The notes under the pieces were generated by a model, which saw nothing but the letters and a program-made list of their open reading frames with translations, did not search any database and was not told the DNA's origin. This document shows, piece after piece, positions 62,636 through 64,000 of a stretch of 64,000 nt of DNA. The stretch comes from Dehalococcoidia bacterium (GTDB lineage Bacteria; Chloroflexota; Dehalococcoidia; UBA6926). Numbering within the stretch: position 1 is the first letter of the stretch; each line of letters begins with the position of its first letter. The translations under genes were made by a program, and so were the position numbers. Location: positions 1,455,725-1,519,724 of the forward strand of contig OZ242191.1 in NCBI GenBank assembly GCA_965205915.1, read 5' to 3'.

Positions 62636-62946
62636 GCGACGATACCCTCACCCTCGACGAAACAATCCACCAGCCGACGCGCCTGCGTATCATGACCCTC
62701 ATCGCGGCACAGCCGAAGGAGAGCAGGGTGGCATACGGCTTCATCCAGGGCGCCCTCAACCTGACCGGCGGCAACCTCACAATCCACCTGCGCAAGCTGG
62801 AAGAGGCAGGCTACGTCGCCATGACAAAGGAGTTCATCGGCGCAAAACCCCGCACATGGATCGAGGCGACTGCCGATGGCCGCCAAGCCTACGCCGCCTA
62901 CGTTGAAAATCTGCGGAGCCTGCTGGACGGGATTCCCCGGGCTTAG
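62632..62946 (+). CDS. Winged-helix transcriptional regulator (MarR/ArsR-like)
   Basis: LDETIHQPTRLRIM, TGGNLTIHLRKLEEAGYV, KPRT. Confidence 0.9.
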   Translation: MSDDTLTLDETIHQPTRLRIMTLIAAQPKESRVAYGFIQGALNLTGGNLTIHLRKLEEAGYVAMTKEFIGAKPRTWIEATADGRQAYAAYVENLRSLLDGIPRA

Positions 62947-62987
62947 AGAACGCTGTTCAATGGGCGGCTGAAGCCGTTCCGCAACCC

Positions 62988-63338
62988 CTACCTCGTCCCC
63001 GTATCGCCCGTCCGGATATCGAAGTCGCGATGGTCCCGGTACAACGGCGCGCGATTGAGCACATAATCGTCCTTGTCGAGGTCGATGTCCTCGATGCCCG
63101 TCATCATCCAGTACTTATAGCCGCCCAGAAACAGGTATGGCTTCTTCTGGCTGAAGAATGAGCACTCAACCCCCTCGCCCCGCGCGATCCGATCGCGGAA
63201 CGCCCAAAGCAGATCCTCCTGGCCGTCCTTCTTGATGACGACGTACTCATGCGGCCATGTGGTCCGATACGTCACCGCCTCCCGCCACGGCGCCGCAGCG
63301 ATCAGCGACATCATGTCGGCAATGTCAGGTGCAACCAT
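62988..63338 (-). CDS. Hypothetical protein
   Basis: 116 aa, TWPHEY...GYKYWMM...VLNRA; GGGAG RBS. Confidence 0.65.
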   Translation of the reverse strand: MVAPDIADMMSLIAAAPWREAVTYRTTWPHEYVVIKKDGQEDLLWAFRDRIARGEGVECSFFSQKKPYLFLGGYKYWMMTGIEDIDLDKDDYVLNRAPLYRDHRDFDIRTGDTGTR

Positions 63339-63491
63339 GATTGACTCCCGGTGTGTGAGGCTATATGAGCTGTTTCACTACCTATAGTAAACACCCCGGA
63401 TGCCTGTTGTAAGACGCCACATCGCCGCGCGTGCCGCGCAGGTCCGCAGTTTGAGCGGCTCATCCTGGCCCGCTCTCACGTTATCCATGCC

Positions 63492-64000
63492 TTACGGGTT
63501 GTCCGTCGTATCGTTATCGAGAAGACCGTTTCGCACTGCCCAAACCACCATTTCCTGTTTCGATTTCGCGCCCAACTTATCGCGGATGATGTAAATGGCG
63601 TTTCGAACCGTTAGCGGCCGATTCCCTCTGGTGTCTGCGATCTGAGAATAGGATTGCCCCTGCGCAAATAGCGTGAGTATCTCCCGCTCGCGGGCCGTCA
63701 GCACACCCTGTTCTTCTGATTCTCTCTTGGGGGCGGTATCCCGCACCTTAAAGAAGACCCGCCGCATGATATCAGCTGGAATACGAAACTCACCCTGCGC
63801 AACATCCTGCATCGTTTCGAGCAACTTCTCCTTGCCGGTGAACTTCTGGAGGTACCCCGTTGCGCCCGCCGCGACGGCCTGAATAGCGACGTCCTCATCC
63901 GTTGCCGCCGTCAACACCAGTACGCGTGACTCAGGCGATGCGTCCATGATCTCCCGGCAGGCGTCGATCCCGTCCTTAACAGGCATGATCAAGTCCATGA
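63492..64000 (-). CDS. NarL/LuxR-family response regulator (5' end outside window)
   Basis: MDLIMP..DG receiver, GATGYL.K, LTAREREIL HTH. Confidence 0.93.
   Translation of the reverse strand, partial: MDLIMPVKDGIDACREIMDASPESRVLVLTAATDEDVAIQAVAAGATGYLQKFTGKEKLLETMQDVAQGEFRIPADIMRRVFFKVRDTAPKRESEEQGVLTAREREILTLFAQGQSYSQIADTRGNRPLTVRNAIYIIRDKLGAKSKQEMVVWAVRNGLLDNDTTDNP

Overview
GC-rich bacterial chromosome segment, most consistent with a Chloroflexota (Dehalococcoidia/SAR202-like) organism, possibly host-associated. This rests on a stand-alone 16S rRNA gene, frequent leaderless genes, many toxin-antitoxin loci and ankyrin/FN3 proteins; the taxonomy is an inference. Core content: 16S rRNA, rex, a complete F1Fo ATP synthase operon with two HAD phosphatases inserted between atpG and atpD, an SbcC/Rad50 ATPase, gnd-zwf-pgl plus a GH15 hydrolase, amidases, an enoyl-CoA hydratase and a PduX-like kinase. 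The most striking element is a compact, intact phage DNA-packaging operon (16314-20886, minus strand): small membrane genes, TerS-like, coiled-coil/TM protein, TerL, Cys-rich HTH protein and portal. It has no integrase, replication, capsid or tail genes in the window, and its sigma70 promoter carries a LexA-type box, making it a candidate domesticated, SOS-inducible gene-transfer-agent-like module. Directly downstream, between the portal and the 16S promoter, is a 6-kb cassette array punctuated by displaced copies of the portal 3' end and a second 19-bp repeat; it includes a PLD-nuclease-RRM fusion. Several other accessory islands are also bracketed by duplicated gene ends with no recombinase nearby. 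All family assignments come from motif recognition by eye, not database searches.
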